Shown: positions 1 to 13,800, numbered from the whole stretch's first letter. The stretch: 63,426 bases of DNA, filler included, from Pseudogymnoascus verrucosus (GCA_001662655.1; 12 parts of 12 records of this genome joined end to end with filler, not necessarily neighbours in it), one strand, 5' to 3'. Translations and numbers: made by a program. Notes: generated by a model not told the origin, from the sequence alone.

Positions 1-804
1 CATTCAACAGCAGACACCCATTCCTATCGGCTAGGATGAGCTTGAAATCGCGTACGGAGCGTAGAGTCGACTATAATTCGTGTAGATTGCATAGTTCCAA
101 TTGAAAATCTAGTTTCATCCATATTGTAGGTGTTGTAGTTTTCGATTTTTAGCTCTGTTATAAGGCTTTTGTACGCGTTAAACCACCCCTTCAACACCTG
201 CTTTGTTACCCCATTTATCCTTTGTGCCTCAACTCTACGTCCTAACTTAACACGTAAGTTAGGATGCCTTTAAATGAATCGTGGCACCCACTCTTGCCTA
301 AGAGGTAACTTAGGTATTTGAGGTTGTTGAGTTTGAGGTTGTTGAGTTTGAGGTTGTTGTTGTTGTTGTTGTTGTTGTTGAGGCTGAAAAACGCGACACT
401 TATTTGACCGGACTTCATCTGCAACCTCCCGTAATATCCGATGGCTAGGAGCGTAGCCGCTTGCAGTAAGCTCTTTAATCCACTTTAGAAGTGTTTGCTC
501 TTGATTTTTTGTAAGGAGTTGCTGTTGTTGTCGCGCTTCCTTACGCGTCTGCCCTCCATTTAAGCGTGTCTGTACTGTATATGTCCGAAGCCCTAAAGCC
601 TTTGAAGCAGCATAGGAAGATTTATATAATCCGGATTTTATTCCAATGACTGCCTCAGCTAATAGATTATTGCGTTCTTGAGCCTTTAAACTGCTCTTGC
701 GTACCATATTTATAATATAATTAATAGGTTGGTGAGTTTAATGGGGTAGTTCCAACCCCACTATGCCGGTTACGCCATTGTGCCGGTTACGCCATGACTT
801 ACGT
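1..804 (-). mobile_element. Fot1/pogo-like DNA transposon, 5' part (RIP-damaged, runs off window edge)
   Basis: ORF 270-707 MVRKSSLKAQ...GYAPSHRILREVADEV (HTH region). TIR ACGTAAGTCATGGCGTAACCGGCACAATGGCGTAACCGGCA ends at 804, followed by TA. Confidence 0.92.
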
Positions 805-899
805 TAACTATAATTTGTATAGATTGTATAGTTCTAATTAAAAATCTAGTCTTATCTATATTATAAGTGTTATAGTTTTTAATTTTTAGATCTGTTATA

Positions 900-1419
900 A
901 CGTAAGTCATGGTGTAAAGTCAGTAATGGGGTAAAGTTGGTAGTGGGGTTAGGGCCACCCTATTAAACTACATCAGAACTACAACTCCTACTACTACAAC
1001 TAACAGAATGGTTGAACGTAGGAGTATTAAGGCTTAAGAACTTGATTTTCGACTTTGTGAAGCTATTTTAGGAATAAAGTCTAGAAAATTTAAATCTTCA
1101 TATGCTGCTGCAAAGGCTTTAGGGCTATATGAAAGGACTCTACAGCGACGTATAAAAGGTGGTAAAACGCGTATTAAAGCGCGTCAAAAACAGCAGTTAT
1201 TATCTAAAACTTAAGAGCAAACGCTCCTAAAGTGGATTAAGGAGCTTACTATAAGTGGCTATGCTCCTAGTCATCAGATATTACATGAGGTTGTAGAGGA
1301 AGTCCGATTAAATAAGTGTCGCGTTTTTCAGCCTCAACCACAACAACAGCAACAACAAACACAACAACCTCAACAACCTCAACCTCAAATACCTAACTTA
1401 CCTCTTGGGCAAGAGTGGG
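900..1419 (+). mobile_element. Fot1/pogo-like transposon 5' end, truncated
   Basis: TA|ACGTAAGTCATGGTGTAAAGTC TIR. ATG at 1008 gives MVERRSIKA*ELD.... Homology to the family stops abruptly at about 1419. Confidence 0.88.
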
Positions 1420-2623
1420 GGCAACGAAAGCCAGAAGTGGCCATGTCCTTGATGAATCGCTAACCTAAATGTATGTCAAGGCCAACATGTCTCTGTCTTT
1501 CGCGCTCTTTCGTCTGCATGCCGCCATGTCCCTTGTTCATCTCGTCTACTTCACTCGATTCTTCACCCCACATACAAGTTTTCGCTCGTAGTCACTCATC
1601 GCCTGCATTTCTGTTTGGTCAATTTACACCTCCCTTAACTTCTCTCTTGATTATATTGTGTGTCCTCGTGGTGTGAGCTGACGGTGTGGCTGAAGATAAC
1701 GAGAACGGTGCGCATAGCAGCAGCAGCTGCTACACTTATGCTCATCTAGCGTCAAGCTGTAGTATTCATATGACATGTCTTGCTTGAAGGTGTAGGTGCC
1801 GATAGCTGCGAGTGCACAGGTTGGTTGGACTACGCGTCGCGCAGTTTAGCCTCGTGTCAGCCACAGTCCTGGTCAGCCACTCCCTTGCTATATGACGATG
1901 ACATAAGCGAAATTATATCGTAGCCGTGCGTGCTTTGCCGTTTCTGTACGTCACTAGAGATCTATCCATGGTTCTAAAGCAGCGAAGCAACAATGGGGGT
2001 GCTACAAGGTGCTGGTGCTAGCTACCGCGCTCAAAACGCGCAATACGTAACCTAGGTTATTATTTACGCTACACATATTCCTACTTTTAGTTTCACCTGC
2101 TTTACAGTAGTATATCTGTCGCCACCCTCTCTAACACTCTTACTCTCTCTTCTCTCTCTTGTTCTGGCATTGACGACTCGGATTGCAAAGAGCTGCAGCC
2201 TTTAACACGACAGCACTTATAATACGACTTTTACGACTCTTACATCTCCTTTAGCAAGAAACAATTCGCTGTTCACACTCTTCTTAACGAGTAGGAGGTG
2301 GTGTAGGGCAGATGTCTTAAGCTTATACATATAGAACAACAGACAGAACGACCAATTTCTGCTAGGGCGAACCAAGCGCCAGAGGAATTGACCTTTTGGT
2401 TGAGCTACTATGCGACTTTGAAGAATTAGCCCTTTTACCATATCTACCTTTGCGTGTACTAAGTCTCCTCTCAAACTCCATTCAACATCTCGACAAATAT
2501 ATTTATATATTAGGCGACACCGCTAACTAAAATACACCCAATACATGGTTAAACTACAAACTCCCTCGTGAGACCCTTAAGGCATTTCCACCAAATCCTA
2601 GCCCCCACTGAGCTAACCTCACG

Positions 2624-4603
2624 ATGCCTGAATCACACTCGTTCCACTCGCACCATGACTACTACTCCGAAGACGTCTCCAACCCCTCCCCTCTCACCTC
2701 CAACTCGCCGGGTTACTACGGCAGCTCAACGCACTTCCCTAGCGGCAAGTCCTGGTATAGTGATTATAAGGAGCGGCGTCCGGGTTTCTATAAGCGGTTC
2801 GTGGATAGCTTCAAGAGTGACCCGAATCGACGTAGCATTAATCCGGCTATTAATTCCACTAACCAATACAACCACAATGGTGCCTTCAATCCGCATAAGG
2901 CGGTATTAGCGACCGCGAACACAGCGCTAGCAAGAAAATTGAAGGGGAGGCATCTGCAGATGATTGCAATTGGAGGGAGTATTGGTGAGTTAGGATGCTA
3001 TGATGGGAGTACAGCGAGAAATGGAAGCTGCTAACTAGGAATAGGAACAGGATTGTTTGTTGCGAGTGGAAGGATGCTGCATGAGGGTGGGCCAGCATCA
3101 TTACTGATCGCGTTCTCACTTATCGGGGTTATGCTATTTTGTACGGTGCATGCTCTAGGTGAGATGGCTGTCTTATATCCGGTAGCTGGCTCTTTCTCTG
3201 CGTATTCGACGAGATTTCTTGATCCAGCATGGGGGTTCGCTATGGGTTGGACGTAAGTCCCGTATCCATGAATTTTCAGGGTAAAGGATACTCACAACAC
3301 AAGCTATGCAATGCAATGGCTTATTATTCTCCCAATCGAAATCGTCGCCGCCAGCATAACTATCAATTTCTGGAATAAAACGCTCCACCGTTCCATCTTC
3401 GTCACCATTTTCCTCGTTCTCATTATCGCTATAAACCTCTTCGGCGTTAAAGGCTATGGCGAAGCCGAGTTCGTTTTCTCCCTTGTCAAAGTCATTGCAG
3501 TGATCGGCTTCATCATCCTTGGCATCATCATCAACTGCGCCGGCAACCCTAACGGCGGCTACATCGGCGGAAAATTCTGGGTTGAGCCGGGTCCCTTCAA
3601 CAACGGCTTTAAGGGCCTCTGCTCCGTCTTCGTGACCGCTGCATTCGCTTTTTCAGGCACGGAATTAATAGGCCTCGCAGCGGCGGAGACGGCAAATCCG
3701 AGAAAGAGCCTACCGAATGCCATCAAACAGGTTTTCTGGCGTATCACCTTATTTTACATCGTGAGCTTAACACTGGTGGGTCTCCTAGTAGCATATGATG
3801 ACAAGCGACTCCTCGACCTCGACGAAGGCAACGCCAATGCTAACGCCAACACCAACCCCACCGCCACCGCCTCGCCCTTCGTTATCGCCATTGAAGACGC
3901 CGGTATTACCGTCCTACCCTCTATAATGAACGCCGTGATTTTAATCGCCATATTATCCGTTGGCAACAGCGCCGTTTTCGGCAGTACCCGCACCCTAGCA
4001 GCGCTAGCTGACCAGGGTCATGCACCTAAGATCCTAGGCTACGTTGACCGCAAAGGTCGTCCCATCGTCGCCATCGCTATCGCCATCGCCCTGGGCCTTG
4101 TTGCCTACGCCACTGAAAGCGGGCAGCATGGCACGGTGCTTAGCTGGATGCTCGCCCTCTCCGGTCTCTCGAGCATCTTCACCTGGGGCTCCATCTGCCT
4201 GTCGCACATACGGTTCCGGCGCGCCTGGGCGCTGCAGGGCCACAACCTCGACGAGCTAGCGTTCGTATCGCAGCCGGGCGTAGCGGGGAGCTGGGTGGGC
4301 GTCATCTTCAGTGTGCTTGTCCTGGCGGCGCAGTTCTGGACGGGCGCGTGGCCCATCAATTACGGCGAGATCGGCGTGAAAGGGCAGGTGGAGAGCTTTT
4401 TCTTAGCGTATCTAGCGGTCCCGATCGTGCTGGTCATGTATGGGGGCTATAAGTGGCGGTATAAGACCAAGGTATGGAGGCTGAGGGATATAGATCTCCA
4501 GACGGGGATACGGGAGTTTAATCTAGGGAGGATATTGAAGGCGGAAAGGGAGGAGAAAGAGGAGTGGCCTAGGTGGAAGAGGTGGTATGACCTTGTTTGC
4601 TGA
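2624..4603 (+). CDS. Amino acid permease (APC superfamily, YAT family; Gap1-like); exons 2624-2984, 3045-3252, 3304-4603
   Basis: Spliced product contains LKGRHLQMIAIGGSIGTGLFV, GEMAVLYPVAGSF, FAFSGTELIGLAAAETANPRKS and a C-terminal Cys (WYDLVC). Introns GTGAGT..CTAAC..TAG (2985-3044) and GTAAGT..AAG (3253-3303) restore the frame. The start codon is less certain. Confidence 0.95.
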
Positions 4604-5122
4604 CATGGTCCTCGATTTTATTACGGTTTGTTTTATGAAGTTTTGAGGCGAATGGGATGATGGTATTTCTTACGAATGTCATGTTGTGTCTTTCTAAAAT
4701 TGTATCTGATCCGTGCGTTACAGAATCGTCTTGAGGGGCTCGGAGGCTGACCGCAAGGGAGAGTGCGGATAGAGGAGCGAGGGACAGCGACTACTCATAC
4801 TTCTAAGGTTGAGGAAAAGCAGCGTGGTGTAGATAGGCAGGCAATTATGCTTAAACCGAACACGCCAAACTAGAAGAGGACACCGCAAAACCCGAAGTAG
4901 AGGCGCTGAACCTGGGCGAGCAAGCACGCGGAAAACCGCGCCCTTCTTGCCGTCGCATAGTATACTATATATTTTTACTACTTTAAACGGCTAATTATAG
5001 AATTACCACCTAAATTATTATAAATTAAATACCACCCCACATTTCGAAAATTATAGAATTACCACCTATTACCTGTATGGGGGCTTAAGTCTTAGAAGGA
5101 AAAAACTTATCTATTTCTATTA

Positions 5123-6324
5123 ACGTAAGTCATGGCGTACTGTCGCTAATGGCGTACTGTCGCTAGTGGGGTTGGGACCACCCTATTAATAGCTTTGGAA
5201 AAAAATCAATTCAATAAAATGGTCCGACAGAGAAGCAAACAAGCACTAGAGCAAGATATTGCGATACAAAAAGCTATATTAGCTATTAAATCAAATCAAT
5301 ACAAGTCTGCTTATGCAGCAGGGAAGGCCCTAGGGCTTCCTATACAATCCATCTAACGCTAGCTAAATGGAACACCTACACGTATAGAAGCACAACAACA
5401 ACAACAGCTCCTGTTAAAAAATCAAGAAAAGACACTTTTAAAGTAGATAAAAGAGCTTACAAATAGTAGCTACGCTCCTAGCCATTAGATATTACGTGAG
5501 GTTGTAGATAAAGTCTAGTTAAATAAGTGTTGCGTTTTTCAGCCTTAACAGCTATAACAACAACAACAACAACAAACTTAACAACTACAAATTTAACAAG
5601 AACACATTCCTAACTTAACGTAGGTCATGGTGTAAGCGGCGACATGGTGTAAGCGGCGACATGGGCGGCGATTTCAGAAAACACACCAAAATCCACATCA
5701 CGTGACTAAAATTAAAACCTTAATAACTTCTATAATAATGCTTGTAAAGCTTAGTGCTCTTATATTATTAGTCTCTATATATGTGTACATTAGGATTTAA
5801 TTTGCTATAATGTAAGCTAGTCTTATTAAAGAGTTATTTACACTTAAAGTTTTGCCATACAAATATTATATATAGGAAAAGCTAAAACCTTAATATATAC
5901 TATAAAATACGACTAGCGCTACTAGCAAATTTACATATATTAGATGATTATACAAAGAGTAATAGTCTAAGAGTATTAAGCTCTATAAACATTATTACAG
6001 AAGTTATTAAGATTTTAATTCCAGTCACGTGATGTGGATTTTGGTGTGTTTTCTAAAATCGCCGCTTACACCATGTCGCCGCTTACACCATGACCTACGT
6101 TACCTCTTAGGTAAGATTAGGTNNCTACAAACTTAACAACTACAAACTTAACAACCTTAACCTTAAATGACCTACGTTACCTCTTAGGTAAGATTAGGTT
6201 CTACAATTCATTTAAAGGCATCCTAACTTACGTGTTAAGTTAGGATGTAGAGTCAAGGCATAGAGGATAAATAGGGTAATAAAAGAGGTGTTAAAGGGGT
6301 AGTTTAACATATATAAAAGCCTTA
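5123..6324 (+). mobile_element. Fot1/pogo-like transposon 5' part, interrupted by a MITE
   Basis: TIR with CGTACTGTCGCTA core. ATG at 5219 gives MVRQRSKQALEQ.... Host sequence CCTAACTTA|CCTCTTAGG resumes after the MITE. Confidence 0.88.
5618..6100. mobile_element. MITE (483 bp), pogo-family TIRs
   Basis: Matching TIRs ACGTAGGTCATGGTGTAAGCGGCGAC, TA duplication at 5616-17 and 6101-02, non-coding AT-rich body. Confidence 0.93.
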
Positions 6325-6858
6325 ACGTAAGTCATGGTGTAAAGTTGGTAATGGGGTAAAGTCGGTAGTAGGGTTAGGGCCACCCTATCAAAACCATCAA
6401 AAAATTGTAACAATTTAATTATTACTATGCTAATTCATCTATATCATTATTAGAAAGCTCCTCTTCGCTCTCCTCGCTCTCTTCTTTACTCTCACTATTA
6501 GTTAAGTTAACTATTAAGGTAGGTTGTTGCGTTGTTCCAGACCTCTGTGAAGCTGTTGCTACTTCTGCTTCTATAACTTACAACTGCAACTCCTCTGTTA
6601 AGATGTGGAATTGACCCTTTAAAATAGCTCTCTTACCCTTATTCTATACTCTACGCTTCTAGATAATTGAGCGTAAGTTATCACACTCTCTTTTTTGAAG
6701 GGTGTTGCGTGTATTAAGGCGTTCTGTCTCGTCTGCTAACTTATTGATATATCGCTTTGTAGGTGTATTAAGAACACTACGACTTATTGTAGAAGAGAGT
6801 ACTGTATTTGCTTTGTGAAGTGTTTGAAAATCAGGTGGACTGCTATTCAAAAATACCT
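6325..6858 (-). mobile_element. Fot1/pogo-like transposon 3' end
   Basis: TIR (TGTAAAGTTGGTA core) plus transposase C-terminal coding sequence (NSSPPDFQTLHKAN..., ORF 6659-6850). Confidence 0.88.
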
Positions 6859-7005
6859 ATATAATATGTATATAGGAAAACTTAAACCTTAAGTTATCAT
6901 CTTAATAAGGCACTAGCACTACTAGCGTCTTTATAGTAAGTAAAGGTTTATACATAGAACCTAATTATAGAACAGCTAAGTTATATGATTTTTGATAGTA
7001 GAGTA

Positions 7006-8098
7006 ACGTAAGTCGTGGCGTAACCGGCACAATGGCGTAACCGGCATAGTGGGGTTAGAACCACCCCATTAAACTTACCAACCTATTGATTATATTACAA
7101 ATATGGTACGCAAGAGCAGTTTAAAGGCTTAAGAACGCGATAATCTATTAGCTGAGGCAGTTATTGGAATAAAATCCAGACTATACAAATCTTCCTATGC
7201 TGCTGCAAAGGCTTTAGGGCTTTGGACATATATAGTACAGACACGCTTAAACAGAGGGCAGACGCGTAAGGAAGCGCGACAACAACAGCAACTCCTTACA
7301 AAAAATTAAGAGCAAACACTTCTAAAGTGGATTAAAGAGCTTACTACAAGCGGCTACGCTCCTAGCTATTAGATATTACGTAAGGTTGCAGATGAAGTCC
7401 GGTCAAATAAGTGTTGCGTTTTTCAGCCTCAACTACAACACCTATAACACCTACAACAACAACCTCAAACTCAACAACTACAACCTCAAATACTTCCTAA
7501 GTTACCTCTTAGGCAGGATTGGGTTCCACGATTCATTCAAAGGCATCCTAACTTACGTGTTAAGTTAGGACGTAGAGTTGAGGCGCAGAGGATGAATGGG
7601 GTGACAAAAGAGGTGTTGAAGGGGTGGTTTGACGCGTACAAAAGCCTTACAACAGAGCTAAAAATCGAAAACTACAATACCTATAACATGGACGAGACTG
7701 GATTTTCAATTGGAACTATGCAATCTACGCGAATTATAGTCGACTCTACGCTCCGTACGCGATTTCAAGCTCATCCTAGCCGACAGGAATGGGTGTCTGC
7801 TGTTGAATGCATCTGCATGGACAGAACAGCTATTGAGCCCCTTATTATATTTAAGGGCCAGAACATCCTACAAAGCTGGATTCTAAAGGAGGTTATACAA
7901 AAATGGCACTTCTCTGCAAATACAAAGGGATGGACAAGCAATCTTCATGGATTAGAGTGGCTAAAACGTGTTTTTGAGCCCTCTATAAGAGCAAAAGCAA
8001 CACAAAATGGACGACTACAGCAACGGCTCCTAATTTGCGATGGCCATGATAGCCATATAAGTGGAAGCTTTATATCACACTGTATACAGAATCGAATA
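7006..8098 (+). mobile_element. Fot1/pogo-like transposon, 5' portion up to gap
   Basis: TIR with CGTAACCGGCAC core, ATG at 7103, and ORF 7592-8098 containing YNMDETG and LLICDGH catalytic motifs. Confidence 0.92.
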
Positions 8099-8466
8099 NN
8101 NNNNNNNNNNNNNNNNNNNNNNNNNNNNNNNNNNNNNNNNNNTTAATTAATTAANNNNNNNNNNNNNNNNNNNNNNNNNNNNNNNNNNNNNNNNNNNNAA
8201 AAAAAAAAAAGTTCCAACTATTCCCTTTAGCACAACGCTACTATATAAGTAGATAGATAGTTCTTAGATAGGAGCTTCGTGCTCAACTTAATATAGTATT
8301 CTGTTATATACTATAACGTGTTTTACGAAAGCCTTTGTGTCTAATCCCCTGCCTCCTCTGTTAAGTAAACTAACGTAACGAAACCTCTGTAAGTCTTATA
8401 GTTTAAGACCTAGCGTTACACTTTAAGCACCACTTCTACAAGGTACCGGCTCATACATAAAGCAAC

Positions 8467-10356
8467 ATGGCTAGAAACGATTCAGCATCTAACGTGGGGT
8501 CGAAGGGCAAGGTAGCTGTTGAGCCTGTCCTATCACCTACTACTACGCCTGCGCCTAGGGGACCACACCCCTCGGACAAACTTAAGATTGCATTCCCAGA
8601 CACCTTCAATGGGGACTGCAAGAAGCTTAAGAGCTTCCTCATCTAGACGGAACTCTAGATGGCCTTTAACGCCAAGCACTTCGCCTTTAAAGTACAGCAA
8701 GTCCTATAGGCAGTGGCCCTCCTAAGGGGCTCAGCCTCCAACTAGATTGCCAATTACCTAACGGACTACATGAGCCACTAAGCGGCTAACGGAAGAGTCA
8801 CTACGACGGCTAACTAAGGCACTAAGGATATCTTCATCACTTAGGCTGGCTTCGTTAAGCAACTTAAGGCGAACTTCGGGGACGTTGACAAAAGAAGAAA
8901 CGTAGTGCGAGCCCTCGAGGCCCTTAAGTAGAGGGGGTCAGCGGTTACATATACTGCTGAGTTCTAGCAGCATGCCCCCCTCACTAGTTGGGGAGACGAG
9001 GCTATATGCAACCGATACTACAAGGGGCTGAAGGATCATGTAAAGGACGAAATCTCCTAGTCGGACAAACCAGATGACCTTAAAGAATTAATTGAGATAG
9101 CCTAGAAGATTGACAATCGTTACTACGAACGCTAACTCGAAAGGAAGGGAGGAACAACCAGCTACTAATGGACCTAGAAGCGGAGAACTTAGAAGAGTCA
9201 TTAGCCTTAGCCCATAGAGCTCGACGCTACGTTTAAGCCTAGTGGGAGACCCCGTAACCTAAACAAAGAGCGACAGCTTAAGGAACAGTTGTGTTTTAAT
9301 TGCAACAAGCTGGGCTACATGGCCCGAGACTGCAAGCAACCTAAGAAAGGGAACGGAGGACATAAGAAATTCAAGAGACAACTTAACGCCACTTAGAAGG
9401 GGCAGTTAAACGCCACGTTCGTGAACAAACCCGACTAGGGGATCACGGGTGATAGCACCCTAGAAGAAGAGAGCTCGGGCGACGAAGATCTTAACGACTT
9501 CAACGCATTACTCGAGAAGGAGAACGAACTCCTAAACAGGGGATTAACGGAATCCTAGAAACTCTAGCTAAAGGAGTTTGAAGAAGACGCGAAGGAGATC
9601 GCATTTAAGGAGAATCTACTAGGAGTGGTCGACGTCTATAGACAGACTATGCTTCGACAAGGAACTCTAAGAGCGATTCCTGTACCACTACCCCTAACGG
9701 GATAGATAGGCACTCGACAAGACTAGGAAGTCGCAGTTCGCGCCATGAGGTGCTGCCCCGGGTACCCACGAGGAAGGGAGCCCCGAGGAGCGAACCACAC
9801 CTCTGAGGAAGCCACTATGTAGTTGAAATACAAGCTTGCGGAATATGACGCGCAAGACAAACAGCAGGAAGACACTTAGGGACCTAAACCCTAGGAACTG
9901 CAAGCAGACTAAGCTACTATAGACTACGAACCCATCGATAGAGACGTAGAAAGGTTACGTGTAACCATAGAGAAATCCGAGCTTATAGGCAAGACAAAGG
10001 AGGAACAGGAATTGACAAAGTTGGATGCATTAAGGATTGATCACCCCTAGCACCCATATATATTCTAGGAACACTGCAAGTACGATGACTGCGAGAGTCA
10101 CTTACGGGAAAAGACCTAGTATCGACTATTTCCGAAAATCGCACCTTAGGTCTACTTTACGGATATAGACCAAATTCATGCCCTCAGACGAAGTCAGTCT
10201 AAAGGAGAACTACCGTTAAAGAAACAACAACAGGTATACGAGAAATACCTACACCTACTAGATGAAGCAGAAGGATAGGAAGGACAATCTTCCTAAGGAC
10301 CGCCCATAGAGGATGATGAACATCACTATTACTCCTCGGACGAGTCAAAAAACTAG
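8467..10356 (+). pseudogene. gag (RIP stops)
   Basis: ATG at 8467 gives MARNDSASNV...PDTFNGD. Zn knuckle CFNCNKLGYMARDC at 9292 is in the same frame. Ends AAA AAC TAG. Confidence 0.85.
10347..10353 (+). promoter_or_regulatory. -1 ribosomal frameshift slippery heptamer A AAA AAC at gag/pol junction
   Basis: The heptamer is in the gag frame and immediately followed by TAG. Pol motifs lie in the -1 frame. Conserved in copy 2 (19485-19491) and copy 3 (32474-32480). An AGGCC...GGCCT stem lies downstream. Confidence 0.8.
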
Positions 10357-13300
10357 GAGTCCTCGACGGTAGGCCACTAGCGAGTAACAAGGAGAGGCCT
10401 AGTACAAAGTAGCTGTGCGCCACGGAAGGCAGCATGCAACTATATGTAGTCGCTAAGATACAACAGCGACACCTCTAAGCCATGATTGACTTAGGAGCAA
10501 CAGGCAACTTTATAACAAAGAAAGTAGCAGACACTTAAGGTTTCAAGACGCAATTGAAAACTGATCCTTACCCGTTAATGGTAGTAGATAGAGAGCCCAT
10601 CTCGACTAACAAAGGGATGGTGACCTACGAGACGGCCCCATTAGAAATGGTCATGCTACGCGGACATAAGGAAACGATCTAATTTAATATCGTACACATG
10701 GACAACTATGCATGTATCCTTAGTGTGCCGTGGCTTAGGAAACACAACCCCTAGATCGACTAGTGGAACGAGAAAATTATAATGAGCTAGTACGCGTATG
10801 AACAACGAACGGACACGCTATAACGGGAGAAACCCTCCTAGGGCCGACGCGAGGTGTGTGCGACCTCTATAGAGCCTAGTGACCTAGCCTAGGCACCCTC
10901 ACCAACGAGTATACCAGTAGAGTATAAGGAATACAAGCAGCTATTCTAGGAAGGCCCCAAGAACAAGGCGCTTCCTAAGCACCAACCATGGGATCATGTG
11001 ATACCTTTAGAAGAAGGAAAGAGTCCACCGTTTAGACTAATATACTAGATGTTAGCAGACGAGCTAAAACTGCTAAAGGAATATATTAACAATAATCTTA
11101 AGAAGGGATTTATCAGACCCTCTAAATCTCCTGCAGGAAGCCCGATGTTATGGGTTCCCAAGAAGGATGGGAGCAAACGACCATGCGTGGACTATCGAGC
11201 ATTGAACAATATAACGATAAAGGATCGATATGCCTTACCGTTAATCAATGAGTTACACGATAGATTCTAAGGAGCTAAGATCTTCACTAAGCTAGATCTA
11301 CGCGGCGCGTACAACCTAATCCGGATAGCTAACGGCAAGGAGTGGAAAATAGCATTCTGCACCTGCTATAGCCTATTCGAATATCAAGTCATGCCCTTTG
11401 GGCTAACCAACGCCCCTGCATCCATGCAACGCTTAATGAATGATGCCTTACATAAATATCTAGACATATTCACCATCGTTTACTTAGACGATATACTAGT
11501 ATACTTAGTAAACAGGGACGAACATGCTTAGCACGTCAAGCTCGTCCTCTAGAAGCTGAAGGAATACAACCTACTGTTGAAGCTAGAGAAATGTAAGTTC
11601 TATAAGAACTAAGTCGAATTCTTAGGCTACATTATCGGAACGCACGGCATCAAGATGGACTAAGCAAAGGTCACGGCAGTGTTGGAATGGCCAACACTAA
11701 CCACAGTTAAGGAAGTGCAAGCCTTTTTAGGCTTCGCTAACTTCTACCGTCGATTCATTACAGGATATTCTAAGGTAGCTCAACCACTCACAGAGCTCAC
11801 TAGGAAAGATCTTGCGTTCGAATAGATAGAAAAAGCAGAGGCTGCCTTCTAGGAACTTAAGACAAAGTTTACGGAGGCACCCATCCTTGCTACATTCGAC
11901 CCTACAAAGAAGATCATCCTCGAGACGGACTCTTCTAACTTCGCGATTAGAGCATGTCTGAACTAACTAGACGAGAACGGTAAGTTCAAACCAATCGCGT
12001 ACTACTCTAGGAAACTGTCACCCATAGAGCTCAACTATAACATCCACGACAAGGAGCTACTAGCTATTGTCGTTGCCTTTAAGCAGTGGCGCGTATATCT
12101 TGAGGGATCCACCCACACTGTGCAAGTGTAGACAGATCACAAGAACCTTATATACTTCACCACGACTAAGGTTTTGAACCGCAGACAAGTCCGCTAGGCA
12201 GAAACCCTTGTAGCCTACAACTTCACGATAACCTACCGTAAGGGCTCCGAGAATGCGAGAGCAGATGCTCTCAGTAGAAGGACCGACTACATCAGCCTGA
12301 AGGAAGAAAGACCTAGAGCAATATTAAAGAAGACAGACATAGGAATGCAATACAACGAACTGCTAGCTACGATCGCTATCGTAGAAGACATAGAACTTAA
12401 GCAGAGACTTAAGAACGCTTATGCAACAGACAAAATAGCGAAGCGAACCTTAAACAAGGTTGAAGGAAACTTCTCCATTAACGAACAAGGGTTGATTCGA
12501 TTTAAAGGGTTAGTATATGTCCTAAGTCAAATGAGACGCCCGCTAGTGCAAGAACAACACTCGTTGCTAGCACACGGCCATTAGGGAGTAATACAAACCT
12601 TTGAACGAATCGCACAACACTACTACTTCCTAGGTTTAAGGAAGCAGGTAGAAACAATTGTGTTAGGATGCGACATTTGCCAGAAGTCAAAAGCAAATAG
12701 ACACGCACCATATGGACTTTTGAAGTCACTACTAACACTAGGACGAGCATGGTCCTTGATAGCAATTGACTTCATTGTTAAGTTGCCATTATCGAAAGAA
12801 CTAATGACAGGGTTTGTTGCAGACTCTATTATGGTCTCTAACTGCCGACTTACAAAGGAAGTACACTTTACGCCGTTTAAAGAAGCGTTAGACGTAAAGG
12901 CGTTAGCATATATCTTTCTAAAAGTCATCGTTGTAGCGCATAGACTACTAGACGAGATAATTTCAGATCGAGACAAGCTCTTTACATCTAAATTCTAGCA
13001 GACAGTTATAGCGCAGCTCGGAACAAACCATAAGCTGTCCACAGCCTTTCATCCGCAGACAGATGGACAGACAGAACGAACCAACTAAACGTTAGAAGCA
13101 TATTTGCGAAGCTACGTTAACACTAAACAGGACAACTAGGTTCAGTACCTACATTTAGCAGAATTCGCATATAACTCGGCACCATCAGAGGTGACAAAGG
13201 TCTCACTATTCTTTACTAACAACGGATGGCAACTAGAGGCGTACAAGACGCTAAGACCAGATAAATTTCGTTCTAAGGAAGGAACGTTAGAAGTATCGAA

Positions 13301-13800
13301 GATACTCTCCTTCTAGAAACAACTTGCGACAGACATCTAGTTCTTGAATGAACGATCCGCTGCATATGCAAACAGAAAGCGTAGTATAGAACCTGCCTTT
13401 AAGGAGGGGGATAAAGTATACCTACTCTGAAAACACATCAAAACGAAACGACTAAGTACGAAGTTGGACTTTAAGAAATTAGGACTATTTAAGATATTAG
13501 AGAAAGTTAGCTTAGTTAATTACAAGCTATAGCTACTTAAGGACTCTAAACTCTATCTAGTGTTTTATATCTTATTATTAGAACTAGTAAGAGAGGACGC
13601 CCTAATTACAATAGACACTAAACTTCAACCTAAGAATGAGATCGTTAAATATAAGGTTAAGGCAATCCTAGACAAAAGGTTAGTAGGACGCTAAGAAGAG
13701 TTTTTAATAAAATAGAAAGGTTACGAACCTATAGACAACTTATAGGAGTTAAGGGGAAACCTTAGCTACCTAGAGTTACTAGTAGAGTTCTACTGTTAAC
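10353..13800 (+). pseudogene. pol: aspartic protease, RT, RNase H, integrase, chromodomain (RIP stops; 3' end approximate)
   Basis: MID(S>L)GATGNF at about 10482; [17 protein letters not shown] at about 11478; [30 protein letters not shown](E)V(E)AILDKR...KGYEP. Confidence 0.9.

Noticed and set aside
242..424. Recurrent Asn-rich ORFs (MQMKSGQISVAFF...; also 7386, 35188, 44310, 54171, 56402)
   Set aside because: Alternative-frame readings of the transposase CAA linker; recurrence reflects TE copy number.
3559..4359. ORFs overlapping the permease in other frames or on the opposite strand
   Set aside because: Shadow ORFs of a GC-rich coding exon.
6091..6200. Local duplication of TGACCTACGTTACCTCTTAGGTAAGATTAGG around 'nn'
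   Set aside because: It straddles a 2-N join and is most likely a contig-overlap artefact.
8099..8198. TTAATTAATTAA centred in N runs, 11 times (also starting at 14792, 21384, 27957, 34471, 40554, 46247, 50169, 54069, 57360, 60416)
   Set aside because: Artificial 100-nt contig spacer with stops in all six frames; not biological.
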